Below are positions 1 to 8,757 of a stretch of DNA of 24,000 nt, one piece after another. A program made the position numbers and the translations under genes. This DNA comes from Promethearchaeota archaeon Loki_b32. GTDB taxonomy: Archaea > Asgardarchaeota > Lokiarchaeia > Sigyniarchaeales > SOKP01. Under the pieces are notes generated by a model. The model saw only the letters and a program-made list of their open reading frames with translations. It had not been told where the DNA came from and did not search any database. Within the stretch, counting starts at the first letter, position 1. Every line of letters begins with the position of its first letter. The DNA is taken from positions 77,055-101,054 of the forward strand of contig NJBH01000011.1 in NCBI GenBank assembly GCA_005223125.1, in the 5' to 3' direction.

Positions 1-356
1 TATTAATGGGCATTGGTGCATTAATTCATGCTTCCATGATCCCTATAGCAAATACTATGTTTCTTACAATATTGCAAACAAAAATACCTACAGAAACACA
101 GGGTAGAGTCTTTTCATTCGTTATTAGTATTGCAGCAGCTGTTACCCCCCTCGGAATGATAATCTCTGGCCCTTTAGCAGTGATTTTTGGAATTAGGTTA
201 CTTTTCATAATAGTTTTGTATTTACAATTTGTAAGTGTTATGGTAATCTGGTTTTTTACTAATCTTAAAAATGTGATACGCACAGAATCTAAAGATGAAT
301 CAAGAGAGAAACCAGAAGAAGTAAGTCTAAGGCCAGAACAAATTGAATTACAATAA
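1..356 (+). CDS. MFS-type transporter, C-terminal fragment (gene continues upstream of the window)
   Basis: The reading frame is open from the window edge. The translated tail has hydrophobic helices (GRVFSFVISIAAAVTPLGMIISGPLAVIFGIRLLFII, VMVIWFF) like the last TMs of MFS permeases, then a charged cytoplasmic tail. A T-run follows the stop. Confidence 0.5.
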   Translation, partial: LMGIGALIHASMIPIANTMFLTILQTKIPTETQGRVFSFVISIAAAVTPLGMIISGPLAVIFGIRLLFIIVLYLQFVSVMVIWFFTNLKNVIRTESKDESREKPEEVSLRPEQIELQ

Positions 357-457
357 TTTTTTATTCATTTAGACCATTAGGCAATAAATTTTAATTAGTA
401 TTTTAATTCTTTAAAAATATCCTAAAAGATTTTTAGTACAATCACTTAATTCTTACA

Positions 458-1594
458 ATGACAAGAGGAATCATAATATCAGGTGGCTGGGGAACTCGTT
501 TACGACCATTAACTTGTACAATCCCTAAATCCTTGATTCCAATAGTTAATAAGCCTGTTATTGAGCGCCAAATCTTATTATTAAAATCCGCGGGGATAAA
601 GGATATTATTTTAGCTGTGAGTGTAATGAGTGATGTATTGAGAAAATATTTTGGAGATGGAGATAAACTTGGTATAAATATCCAATACACGGATGAAAAA
701 ACCCCACTGGGAACAGCTGGTGCTATTAAGTTAGCGGAAGATTATCTTAAAGAAGAAAACTTTTTTATGTTGAATGGTGATGTCATTTTAAATTTTGATT
801 TTAAAGAATTGATTCAAGCTCATGCCAGATATGAAGGGTTAGGTGTAATTGCTAGTAAAGTTGTTCCTGATCCGTCAAGATATGGTGTTATAATTGCTGA
901 AGAAAAATCAAACAAAATTTTAAAATTTCTTGAAAAATCGGAATATACGCCTCCGGACGGAAAGCATATTCCAATGCCTATCAATGCTGGAGTTTATATT
1001 TTAGAACCTGACATTTTTCAATATATTAAACCTAATAAAAAAGTTTCAATTGAACATGATATTTTTCCGATTCTCGTAAGTGAAGAGAAATTGTATCATT
1101 ATTCTATTCCAGGAGTTTGGAAAGATATCGGTAAACCTGAAGAATTATTAGAAGGTAATATTCAATTAATGAATGATATGTTAAAAAACCTACAAACGAA
1201 AAAAGAAAATTTAATTGATGAGAATTTAGATGTTGAGGGTAAAGTTTTAATAAAACCTCCTGTTACTATTGGAGAAAATGTTGTTATTAGAAAAAATTGT
1301 CAAATAGGACCAAATGTAATAATTGGAGATAAAGTGTATATAGGAGCAAATACAGAAATTAAAGATTCTTTGATTTATAACGAAACGTACATTTCAGAGA
1401 ATGTCAAATGTGAAAAAACAATTATAGCAGATAATTGCCTACTTCACGATGGAGTTCAATTAATCGGAAATAATCAAAATTTAGTTATTCTTTCTTCATA
1501 TGTAGAAGTTTTAGATAACATAAAGTTAATTGCTCCTTACAATAACTCACTTGCTATATGTCATCATGAAGTAGTTAGATTGGATGTATCCTAA
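458..1594 (+). CDS. NDP-sugar pyrophosphorylase (mannose-1-phosphate guanylyltransferase / GMPPB-like) with C-terminal left-handed beta-helix
   Basis: The N-terminal signature GGWGTRLRPLTCTIPKSLIP matches the GxGTRLxPLT nucleotidyltransferase motif. PLGTAGA and LNGDV motifs are present. The C-terminal half has hexapeptide-like repeats (IGENVVIRKNCQIGPNVIIGDKVYIGANTEI). Confidence 0.85.
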   Translation: MTRGIIISGGWGTRLRPLTCTIPKSLIPIVNKPVIERQILLLKSAGIKDIILAVSVMSDVLRKYFGDGDKLGINIQYTDEKTPLGTAGAIKLAEDYLKEENFFMLNGDVILNFDFKELIQAHARYEGLGVIASKVVPDPSRYGVIIAEEKSNKILKFLEKSEYTPPDGKHIPMPINAGVYILEPDIFQYIKPNKKVSIEHDIFPILVSEEKLYHYSIPGVWKDIGKPEELLEGNIQLMNDMLKNLQTKKENLIDENLDVEGKVLIKPPVTIGENVVIRKNCQIGPNVIIGDKVYIGANTEIKDSLIYNETYISENVKCEKTIIADNCLLHDGVQLIGNNQNLVILSSYVEVLDNIKLIAPYNNSLAICHHEVVRLDVS

Positions 1595-1856
1595 TTAAAG
1601 TGGTTATATCTCTTCACGGAGTTTTATAATTATTTCTTTCTTGTATTTGGTTTAACATAGCCCAACAAGCCTTTAGATTTTTAGATAAAAAACTATTTGA
1701 AAGATACTAAGGGGGAATATTTAAAAATTTAAATTAACAAATATAATCTCAGTTCAAAGATAAATATTTATCAAGAAATAGAACTTTAAAGATCGTGAAT
1801 TAGAGGAAAAAAACCTAGAAATGGATTTTAGCTAAAATTATGAGGTTTATTTTGAA

Positions 1857-3332
1857 TTGAAAGATTACCGAATTGATGATGATTGGATATTAAATCGAAT
1901 TTCGGGGCAAAGTAATAGTTTTAGTCAATGGCTTTCTAATATAATGAATTCCGTTGAAAAAACTTTAGAAGAAGTACATCCTGAAGCACTTGAAGAATTC
2001 AAAAAAGATAAAAACTTGGTATCATTCAAAGATTTGGATAAGGAATTAAGCGAAGCACAAAAAGAATTGGATAAGTTAGGATTTTTTGGAAAAAGCATTT
2101 CAAACTTTACCACGAAAATTCTTAGCGGGATTCAAAAACCAATTGAAAAACATATTAAAAAATCTTTAAAGGATATTGAGGGCTTAGATCTTGATTTAGA
2201 TTTTATAACTGGAAAGAAAAAAGATTTATCTACTGCTCTTTTTGATGTATCTAAAGAAAGGGGAATAGAATCTGAAGGTTTACTATATCTTATACGAGCT
2301 TTACCCGACCTTGAGGCATTTCTTTATAGTACCAGTGTGAGAAAATATTATCGAGATCATACGGAGCATGCTCTCCGTGTTGCTGTTTTAGGAGATTTTC
2401 TTTTAGAACAAGATTTAGGACAAGGATCTCTAGAAGGCATGATTTCTGAATTAACAGAACTAGACAAGAATTTATTAAAGGATAAATTTTGGTGGATCAC
2501 GGGGTTACTTCATGATATCGGTTATCCTTTAGGAAAAATGACAACAGCAGTTAACTATTCACTTCTTAACCAATTATTAAAGTGTTATCCTACTCTTGAT
2601 TTAGAATTCATCCCTTTTGAAATAAATTTAGCATGGAAAGGCGAACAAGAAGAGTATCTGAAAATTATAGAAGAAGGACTTTCTAAAGAAGCTCGTGAAT
2701 TATTAAGGCAAGGAGCTGGCTTTAAATATCAAAGCAGTTCTGCTCAAGATATACAGACTTTCTTAAATCAGCCAAATGGACATCCTGAATTTAAATATAA
2801 GAACCCTGTAGAATTAGATCATGGTGTCATTTCTGCGCTTTCTCTTTTGAAGGGTCTTGGAACTCCGCACGAAATTAAACAAAATGATGAATATGTCGGA
2901 TATATTCTATGTGCAAGAGCAATGGCATTACATAATTTTAAAGCATCTCTTAAAGACTATGTTTTTAAAGAGCAACCATTAGCATTTTTCTTAATGTTAA
3001 TAGATGAATTGCAGGAGTGGGGGAGACCTATTCCTGTTCAAATACGTGATACATATTTTACCACTGAATTGACAAAAGTAACATTGTTAGATGAACTTTT
3101 ACTTAGTTTAGATGAATTTTCATGGTTAATGCAGTTTAAAAATCAACAAGCTAAAGACTTAATGAAATTTAATTTTAATTTATTTTCAAATGATAAGAAA
3201 AAAACATTCGGACGGTTAAAAAGTGGAGACCTGTTTCCTGAAACTACAATCAACCTTCAAGATATTAAAATAATTAAAGAAAAAAAGGAAAAGAAGGAAA
3301 ACATCATAGCACAAGATACAATTATTATTTGA
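1857..3332 (+). CDS. HD-superfamily metal-dependent phosphohydrolase with N-terminal coiled-coil extension
   Basis: H...HD...D pattern: RDHTEHALRVAVLG, then GLLHDIGYPLG, LDHGVISA and LIDELQEWGRP. The first ~130 aa are K/E-rich and helical. The start is uncertain (TTG at 1857; first in-frame ATG at 1944). Confidence 0.6.
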   Translation: MKDYRIDDDWILNRISGQSNSFSQWLSNIMNSVEKTLEEVHPEALEEFKKDKNLVSFKDLDKELSEAQKELDKLGFFGKSISNFTTKILSGIQKPIEKHIKKSLKDIEGLDLDLDFITGKKKDLSTALFDVSKERGIESEGLLYLIRALPDLEAFLYSTSVRKYYRDHTEHALRVAVLGDFLLEQDLGQGSLEGMISELTELDKNLLKDKFWWITGLLHDIGYPLGKMTTAVNYSLLNQLLKCYPTLDLEFIPFEINLAWKGEQEEYLKIIEEGLSKEARELLRQGAGFKYQSSSAQDIQTFLNQPNGHPEFKYKNPVELDHGVISALSLLKGLGTPHEIKQNDEYVGYILCARAMALHNFKASLKDYVFKEQPLAFFLMLIDELQEWGRPIPVQIRDTYFTTELTKVTLLDELLLSLDEFSWLMQFKNQQAKDLMKFNFNLFSNDKKKTFGRLKSGDLFPETTINLQDIKIIKEKKEKKENIIAQDTIII

Positions 3333-3340
3333 AGTGAGAT

Positions 3341-3625
3341 ATGATTATGGAAAGTATTAAAAAAAATGGTATAACAATATATAGTGCTCTATTTGAACGA
3401 AAAAAAGTTGTTGAAATCGATGACATTGAATATCCAATTAAGAGATTTTCAAGTGGTATTCGATATGTAGATCTTTTTGGATATAGATACATCGAACAAA
3501 ATCGCAATAAAAAATCAGAATGGGGTAAAAAAGCAAGAGAGGGTCATAAGATCATGTGGGTTATTAAAGGTAGACGCTATATGGCAAGGATAATGGATGG
3601 AGAATATGTAGATTTAAAAAAATAA
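3341..3625 (+). CDS. small basic hypothetical protein (94 aa), probably co-transcribed with the HD protein
   Basis: The ORF starts 8 nt after the stop of the HD gene on the same strand. It is K/R-rich (NRNKKSEWGKKAREGHKIMWVIKGRRY). I recognise no family. Confidence 0.4.
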   Translation: MIMESIKKNGITIYSALFERKKVVEIDDIEYPIKRFSSGIRYVDLFGYRYIEQNRNKKSEWGKKAREGHKIMWVIKGRRYMARIMDGEYVDLKK

Positions 3626-3765
3626 TGTTTAACTCTTTTAATTCTTAGGTTATTTTTTACATAAAAATTGGTCTCCATTTTGTTATTATACTATTATATT
3701 CATTTTGTAATTAGTGATACAAAGAAAATTAGATAATATGGTATTACCTTTTCCATTTCCATAAT

Positions 3766-3797
3766 GGGTGTATTTTTAAAAATATACCCATTTTTTT
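3766..3797 (+). terminator. GC-clamped hairpin followed by T7 run between convergent genes
   Basis: gggtgtattttt/aaaaatataccc (3766-3789) forms a 12-bp stem with one G-T pair. It is followed by a, then ttttttt (3791-3797). It lies between the 3' ends of 3341-3625(+) and 3801-4400(-). Confidence 0.35.
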
Positions 3798-3800
3798 CCT

Positions 3801-4400
3801 TTATTCTCCCTTAAACTTATCTGATATCAGTTCTAAGTAAGACTTTCTTATAGATTCTTCCTTTTTAATATCAAATATAGTTAAAAATTCAAATAGAACT
3901 TCTCTAGAACTGTTGAGGTTTTCAGCTGATTCTACTAAATATTCAACTTCAATAAAATACTGTTCTAAAATTGGGATGTAATCAATTAACGCTTCGATAT
4001 GGTAGGTTTGAAATTCGAATTCAAATAATTCTCTTTCTTTCTTAACAGTAAAAATTTCTTGAAATCCTAATAGCTTTAACATATGTCTTATTTTTTCAAT
4101 ATCTTCTATTTTAACATCAATTTCTTCACGCGTTTTTGTAGTTATATCTATTTTTTTCCCCTTATAGGTTATATAATAATTAATTGTTTTCTCGATGGGT
4201 TTGTCAAATTTATCAATCTCGACAGATTTCCTCAATCTTAAAGCTTCATCAGTCTCTTTAAAATCTCTTAATCCTTTTGGCATATTAAAGTAAGTGTCTT
4301 CATGATATAATGATAATTTGTATATACCTCCATGATCCTTAAACTTATTTATCATGACCTCTGGATCTGAGATTTTTACCTTAATTTCTACCTCAATCAC
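3801..4400 (-). CDS. CYTH-domain protein (class IV adenylate cyclase CyaB / triphosphate tunnel metalloenzyme family)
   Basis: It starts MIEVEIKVK, the ExExK motif that defines CYTH. EALRLRK, ITYKGKK and FIEVEY follow in the usual order for CyaB/ThTPase-like proteins. The length (199 aa) is typical. Confidence 0.8.
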   Translation of the reverse strand: MIEVEIKVKISDPEVMINKFKDHGGIYKLSLYHEDTYFNMPKGLRDFKETDEALRLRKSVEIDKFDKPIEKTINYYITYKGKKIDITTKTREEIDVKIEDIEKIRHMLKLLGFQEIFTVKKERELFEFEFQTYHIEALIDYIPILEQYFIEVEYLVESAENLNSSREVLFEFLTIFDIKKEESIRKSYLELISDKFKGE

Positions 4401-5448
4401 GTTTCTAATATTTACTCTGATAACAATTATAATTTATAATTTTTTATTAGTATTAATAGAATGGAATCGAGTTGATATATCTATTTCACAAATACAAGAA
4501 GATGCTAGAAAACTCGCAGAAAAATATGGTTATCTCCCCTATATGGTACAAAGATATATTCAATTCCTCGGGTTAGATGACACATTAAAATTGTTAAAGG
4601 CAAATGAGCAACCACTAACACCGTCAATCCGAGTTAACACTCTTAAGATATCTGTATTAGAATTAAAAAATCGATTAGAAAAAAAAGGATTTGAGTTAGA
4701 GCAAATTGACTGGGTTCCAAATGGATTTAAAGTAATTAAAGAAGCTTTCAATTTGGGATCTTCACACGAATTCCTACAAGGATATTATTATTTACAAAAC
4801 ATTGCTTCAATGTTATCCGCAGTTATTCTCAATCCTAAGCCAAATGACATTGTAATCGATATGTGTGCTGCTCCAGGAAGTAAATCAACACACCTAGCTC
4901 AACTCATGGGTAATAATGGAACACTCATTTTAATTGATAAAAATAAAAACCGAATTCCTGCTCTAGAAACTAATTTACGCCGAATGGGAATTATTAATTC
5001 AATTTTACTTAATATAGATGCCATTAATTTACCAAATCTGAATGTTAAAGCTAATAAAATTTTATTAGACGCCCCATGCACAGGAGAAGGATTAATAAGA
5101 CAAGATCCAAGTAGAAAAGTTAGTAAAAAAATGAAAGATATTGAAAAAATGGCTCCAATTCAAAAAAAACTATTAAAAGCAGGATTGAACTCATTAAAAT
5201 CGGAAGGTGTGTTACTTTATTGTACGTGTTCAATCGCTCCTGAAGAGAATGAACTAGTTGTAAATGAAGTAGTGGATAAACTAGACAATTTTACTATAAG
5301 TGAAATATCTAAGAATTACGGTGTGAATGGCTTAACGGAAGTTTTTGGAATTAAACTATTAGAAGATTTAAGATTCTCACAACGCTTGTATCCTCATATT
5401 CATGATACTATAGGTTTTTACTTCTGCCTAATAAAAAATTTAGATTAA
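4354..5448 (+). CDS. NOL1/NOP2/Sun-family RNA cytosine-C5 methyltransferase (archaeal Trm4/NSUN-like)
   Basis: SAM motif DMCAAPGSKSTHLAQLM, catalytic motifs LLDAPCTGEGLIRQDP and LLYCTCSIAPEENE, and IRVNTLK at the N-terminal domain. The start is uncertain. ATG 4354 overlaps the 5' end of the divergent CYTH gene by 47 nt and adds a hydrophobic leader. The next ATG (4543) would remove a conserved-looking helix (ARKLAEKYGY). Confidence 0.85.
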   Translation: MTSGSEIFTLISTSITFLIFTLITIIIYNFLLVLIEWNRVDISISQIQEDARKLAEKYGYLPYMVQRYIQFLGLDDTLKLLKANEQPLTPSIRVNTLKISVLELKNRLEKKGFELEQIDWVPNGFKVIKEAFNLGSSHEFLQGYYYLQNIASMLSAVILNPKPNDIVIDMCAAPGSKSTHLAQLMGNNGTLILIDKNKNRIPALETNLRRMGIINSILLNIDAINLPNLNVKANKILLDAPCTGEGLIRQDPSRKVSKKMKDIEKMAPIQKKLLKAGLNSLKSEGVLLYCTCSIAPEENELVVNEVVDKLDNFTISEISKNYGVNGLTEVFGIKLLEDLRFSQRLYPHIHDTIGFYFCLIKNLD

Positions 5449-5545
5449 TTTTTTTTTTGTAGAATTTTAGTCCATATGATTTTATAGGAGAATTTGTATT
5501 ATTTAATATGTATTAATCTTTGAAATTCAACATTTTTCTGTAAAA

Positions 5546-6598
5546 ATGACTTCTATTACTATTTTTAATGAGAAAATAAAAGATAGTATAACAATGTCTA
5601 ATACTTTAGATAATATAGAAGCGATAATCTTAAAGTATGAGTGTACATTTAAAATACTACTTAGAAAAAGATCCTGGTTATTAAGACTTTCAAGAAAATT
5701 GTGTCCCACTTCCAAGATTTTGTTCTTAAAAGAAGATTTATATTTATATTTATTAAGAAACAATCTTTATATAAAAAACACCACCATTAGGAAATTAATA
5801 AAACCAGAAATTCTTAAAGCCCCCGAATTTCGAGTATACTGTTTATATCTCAATTATATAATACAATTGGTTATCTCTATTATGAAAATCCAGATTTTAT
5901 CTAAGTCTATAGGATTCGAGCATCCTAGTGTGAAGAGAGTTATAGAGATAGCTGAGGATATTATGAGTAAGAACAAAATATTAAATGTGGAAACTCTCTA
6001 CAACGTGGCAAAAAAAATATTGAAATTACCTAGAAACGGACTCTTATTTATAATACAATTTTTAATAAATAAAAAAATTCTAATTGAAGGTTCAAAATTC
6101 TCCAAGGAAACAGTTCTTTTAAATTCCATTAGAAAAAGTGTTTATAATTATATTAGATTGAACCCGGGAGTACATTTTTCTATTTTAAGAAGAAAGGCGC
6201 TATCTGATAAATCAGGAAGTTCGGGACAATTAGTATGGCATTTAGAAATGTTGCTAAAATTTAACTACATTAATAAAATTAAAGTGGGTAATTATACAGT
6301 TTTCCTTCCTTTTGATATGTCTGAGGATATTGGAAAATTAATTTTTCTTCTAAGAGATCAAATAACAAATAAAATAGTTCATTTATTAGTTGGTAAGGAA
6401 ACTTTAGTTAAAGCTGAGATATATAAACAATTAGAAGAAAAAAGAGAAAATGTCTATTATCGCATTAACAATTTACAAGATCATGATGTAATTGCTATAA
6501 GTGAGAGTTCAGATAAAGAAATATGCTTAAACTCGAATAAAAAGGAGATTATTATTGACATTTTAAAATCATTAAAATTAAATACTGAAAATAAATAA
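5546..6598 (+). CDS. multi-winged-helix (tandem wHTH) DNA-binding-type protein
   Basis: At least two clear wHTH units: VYNYIRLNPGVHFSILRRKA...GQLVWHLEMLLKFNYINKIKVGNYTVFLP and ITNKIVHLLVGKETLVKAEIYKQLEEKRENVYYRINNLQDHDVIAI. The frame stays open for 112 codons upstream of Met113 (5882), which is unlikely by chance in DNA this AT-rich, so I use the long ORF. Alternative starts are 5594 and 5882. Confidence 0.5.
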   Translation: MTSITIFNEKIKDSITMSNTLDNIEAIILKYECTFKILLRKRSWLLRLSRKLCPTSKILFLKEDLYLYLLRNNLYIKNTTIRKLIKPEILKAPEFRVYCLYLNYIIQLVISIMKIQILSKSIGFEHPSVKRVIEIAEDIMSKNKILNVETLYNVAKKILKLPRNGLLFIIQFLINKKILIEGSKFSKETVLLNSIRKSVYNYIRLNPGVHFSILRRKALSDKSGSSGQLVWHLEMLLKFNYINKIKVGNYTVFLPFDMSEDIGKLIFLLRDQITNKIVHLLVGKETLVKAEIYKQLEEKRENVYYRINNLQDHDVIAISESSDKEICLNSNKKEIIIDILKSLKLNTENK

Positions 6599-6623
6599 CG
6601 GTGAATTAGGAAGAGGTATTAAA

Positions 6624-7937
6624 ATGATATTAAATTGGAATATTGAGGTTATTGTTAATTTTCTGGTAGCTGCTGTTGGATTAATTTTTACGATAACTAC
6701 TTACTATTCTCCACAAGTTAAGAAAATTAAATCATTATTTTATATTAGATTAGGATTTACCGGTTTTTGGGTTTTCATGCTATTAGATGGATTAGCATTT
6801 CTATTTTTGAGTGAATTCCTTGGATTAATTAACTGTATAAATATATTTCTCGCAACTATATTTATAATTATTGGTGTAAATTATACAATCAAAGAAACTT
6901 TTTATTCTATTGGGTTAATTATAGCTATTGGCTTAGGCGTACTACTTTTTTATGTGGGAACACAACCTGGTGCTGTTGATATAGAATTACAATCCGGGTA
7001 TCTAAGAGTGAGATGGTTGGGATTATTTAATACCTTGGCGATGATATTGAGTGGTGTTGCATTGTATTATTTATTCTATTGGGGAATAAAGACATACAAA
7101 CATGCACCATTTTTAATTAAGAAGGAAGCATCCATATTTTTTATAGGGATTTTAATAGCTTCTCCTTTAAGTCTTACCTTTTATTTCCTTTATATTTTTG
7201 AACCCATTTTAATTCTAGCAAACGCCATAGCCATGTTGGTTGGTGCTATAATCATTACCCTTACAGTTATTAGTGAACCAAAATTGTTATATATATTACC
7301 TTTTACAATTCATCGAATAGTTGTGAAAGATAAAGATGGTCGACCATTATATGATCATGACTGGTCTGAATCGAATATAACTGAAACTATTTTTACTGGA
7401 TTCTTAAACGCTGTACAACTAATGAGTGAAGAGGTAATGCATATAGGAGGATTACTGGATATTCAATTAGAAGAGGGCATTTTAATTTTAAAAGAATCTA
7501 ATCGAATAACAGTAGGGCTTGTATCTTCAAAATCATCAAAATTATTAAGAGATTCAGTAATTAAGTTCACTGAAGATTTTGAGAAAAAATTTGACCGTGA
7601 ATTAAAGAGATCAGAAACGGAGATGTCTCACTATGATGGAGCATTTGAACTCATAGAAAAATACTTTTCTAACTTTCCTTATAAGATTATTAAAAGTAAA
7701 ACAGAACCACTATTATTGAAGGGAAAGTATTTAAAAATTCCATTAGAATTAGAAACCAAACTCCGAAGTGTATTCCCAGATGATAAAGAATATGAGGCAA
7801 TTAAAGCTGAATTATTGAAAGCTCCCCTTTCTTTCGCCTCTGATTTTTTCAAACTCCATGATGATTTGAAAGATGAGATGGAACGAATTTCAGGTGAAGA
7901 AGTTAAATATTTAGATGAAAATTATGAGGAAAATTAG
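6624..7937 (+). CDS. 7-TM membrane protein with cytoplasmic longin/roadblock-like (SNARE-like fold) domain and acidic helical tail
   Basis: Residues 1-220 contain seven hydrophobic segments. Residues ~222-325 (IHRIVVKDKDGRPLYDH ... ETIFTGFLNAVQLMSEEV ... LLDIQLEEGILILKESNRITVGLVSS ... LLRDSVIKFTEDFEKKF) follow a beta-beta-alpha-beta-beta-beta-alpha pattern like sigma-adaptin/longin domains. A purine-rich aggaagagg lies upstream of the ATG. The fold assignment is by eye only. Confidence 0.5.
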   Translation: MILNWNIEVIVNFLVAAVGLIFTITTYYSPQVKKIKSLFYIRLGFTGFWVFMLLDGLAFLFLSEFLGLINCINIFLATIFIIIGVNYTIKETFYSIGLIIAIGLGVLLFYVGTQPGAVDIELQSGYLRVRWLGLFNTLAMILSGVALYYLFYWGIKTYKHAPFLIKKEASIFFIGILIASPLSLTFYFLYIFEPILILANAIAMLVGAIIITLTVISEPKLLYILPFTIHRIVVKDKDGRPLYDHDWSESNITETIFTGFLNAVQLMSEEVMHIGGLLDIQLEEGILILKESNRITVGLVSSKSSKLLRDSVIKFTEDFEKKFDRELKRSETEMSHYDGAFELIEKYFSNFPYKIIKSKTEPLLLKGKYLKIPLELETKLRSVFPDDKEYEAIKAELLKAPLSFASDFFKLHDDLKDEMERISGEEVKYLDENYEEN

Positions 7938-8068
7938 TAATTTTATTTTGAATTTGACTTAAATCGCTTTTTCCATAATTTTAATTTTTTTGTAAAAATT
8001 TGGTCCTAGTAATTTTAAATATCTTGAAGATAAAAAGATTCATAATCTATTTTTATTATTGATTATAG

Positions 8069-8096
8069 GGGAGATTTGGGCGAAATTCTCCCTTTT
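8069..8096 (+). terminator. GC-clamped hairpin plus T-run between convergent genes
   Basis: gggagatttgggcgaaattctccc (8069-8092) has a 6-bp GC-rich outer stem gggaga/tctccc, followed by tttt (8093-8096). It lies between the 3' ends of 6624-7937(+) and 8100-8678(-). Confidence 0.3.
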
Positions 8097-8099
8097 AAT

Positions 8100-8678
8100 T
8101 TATTGACTTACTCTTAAATAAATACCTTTATCAATTAAATTAATAGCAATAATATCTTTTGGTTTAACTTCCTGAATGTCTTGATAATCAAATTTAGACC
8201 TAATTAATGCCAGGACTTCCTCATATTTATTGATAACTAATAAGAGATCTTTCTTTCTTAAAGAAATAGGAAATTTAATTATCATATTTTTCAAAATATT
8301 ATTTCCATAAAGAATTGATTTTTCTCCTTTATCATTCACATAGATTCTTCTAAAACTAGAAAGTTTATTGTTTTTATATAAAAATTCAGCGCCTTCTAAA
8401 CTTATATGGAAATTTCCTTTCTTAATAAAACCAAAATATAAACCTGCTGAGATTATTCTATCACTTTTCAAAGATTGTAATAAGGTATATTGATCTTTTG
8501 AAATTAGAAAAATATTTGGGAATATACTTCTTGATGTTAAACTTTCTGTTGAAAAATATAAAAATTTTTTAAAATTATTAATAATTTGCTGGAAATCTGA
8601 AGAGATTTTAGTAAGTGAAGTAATTATTATTTTCTCTTCAATTTCATTGATCCTTCTAAACTCCAATGTTTCACTCAT
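8100..8678 (-). CDS. NIP7-like ribosome-biogenesis protein homologue (UPF0113 N-domain + PUA domain)
   Basis: It is collinear with eukaryotic NIP7: ISAGLYFGFIKKGNFHISLEGAEFL (compare GICLGKFTKTGKFRLHITSL), GEKSILYGNNILKNMI (compare GEMPFLYGNHVLKAHV), and the C-terminal PUA ending IDKGIYLR (compare DIGEYLR). Confidence 0.65.
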   Translation of the reverse strand: MSETLEFRRINEIEEKIIITSLTKISSDFQQIINNFKKFLYFSTESLTSRSIFPNIFLISKDQYTLLQSLKSDRIISAGLYFGFIKKGNFHISLEGAEFLYKNNKLSSFRRIYVNDKGEKSILYGNNILKNMIIKFPISLRKKDLLLVINKYEEVLALIRSKFDYQDIQEVKPKDIIAINLIDKGIYLRVSQ

Positions 8679-8757
8679 AATTAATTAAAATAAAAAGAAA
8701 TAAGAGGTTTTATTATTATTAATCTATAAAGGTATTAAAAAATAGTGTTATCTAAAA

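Noticed and set aside
26-690. Minus-strand ORFs 26-283 and 442-690
   Set aside because: They are antisense to the MFS tail and to the 5' end of the nucleotidyltransferase gene (GGWGTRLRPLT motif on the plus strand). Their translations look like frame-shifted hydrophobic noise.
3241-3300. Repetitive aaagaaaaaaaggaaaagaaggaaaa stretch near the end of the HD gene
   Set aside because: It encodes an in-frame KEKKEKKEN low-complexity tail. It is a purine-run coding feature, not a separate repeat element.
1925-5081. Short antisense ORFs 1925-2113, 3325-3507, 4560-4751 and 4899-5081
   Set aside because: Each lies fully or mostly antisense to a better-supported gene and has no recognisable motif.
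5527-5763. 78-aa minus-strand ORF overlapping the 5' part of the wHTH gene ORF
   Set aside because: It could be a real small gene if the wHTH protein actually starts at 5882. However, the plus frame is open and continuous with the downstream gene for 112 codons, which is improbable by chance at this AT content, so the minus ORF is more likely its shadow. This remains uncertain.
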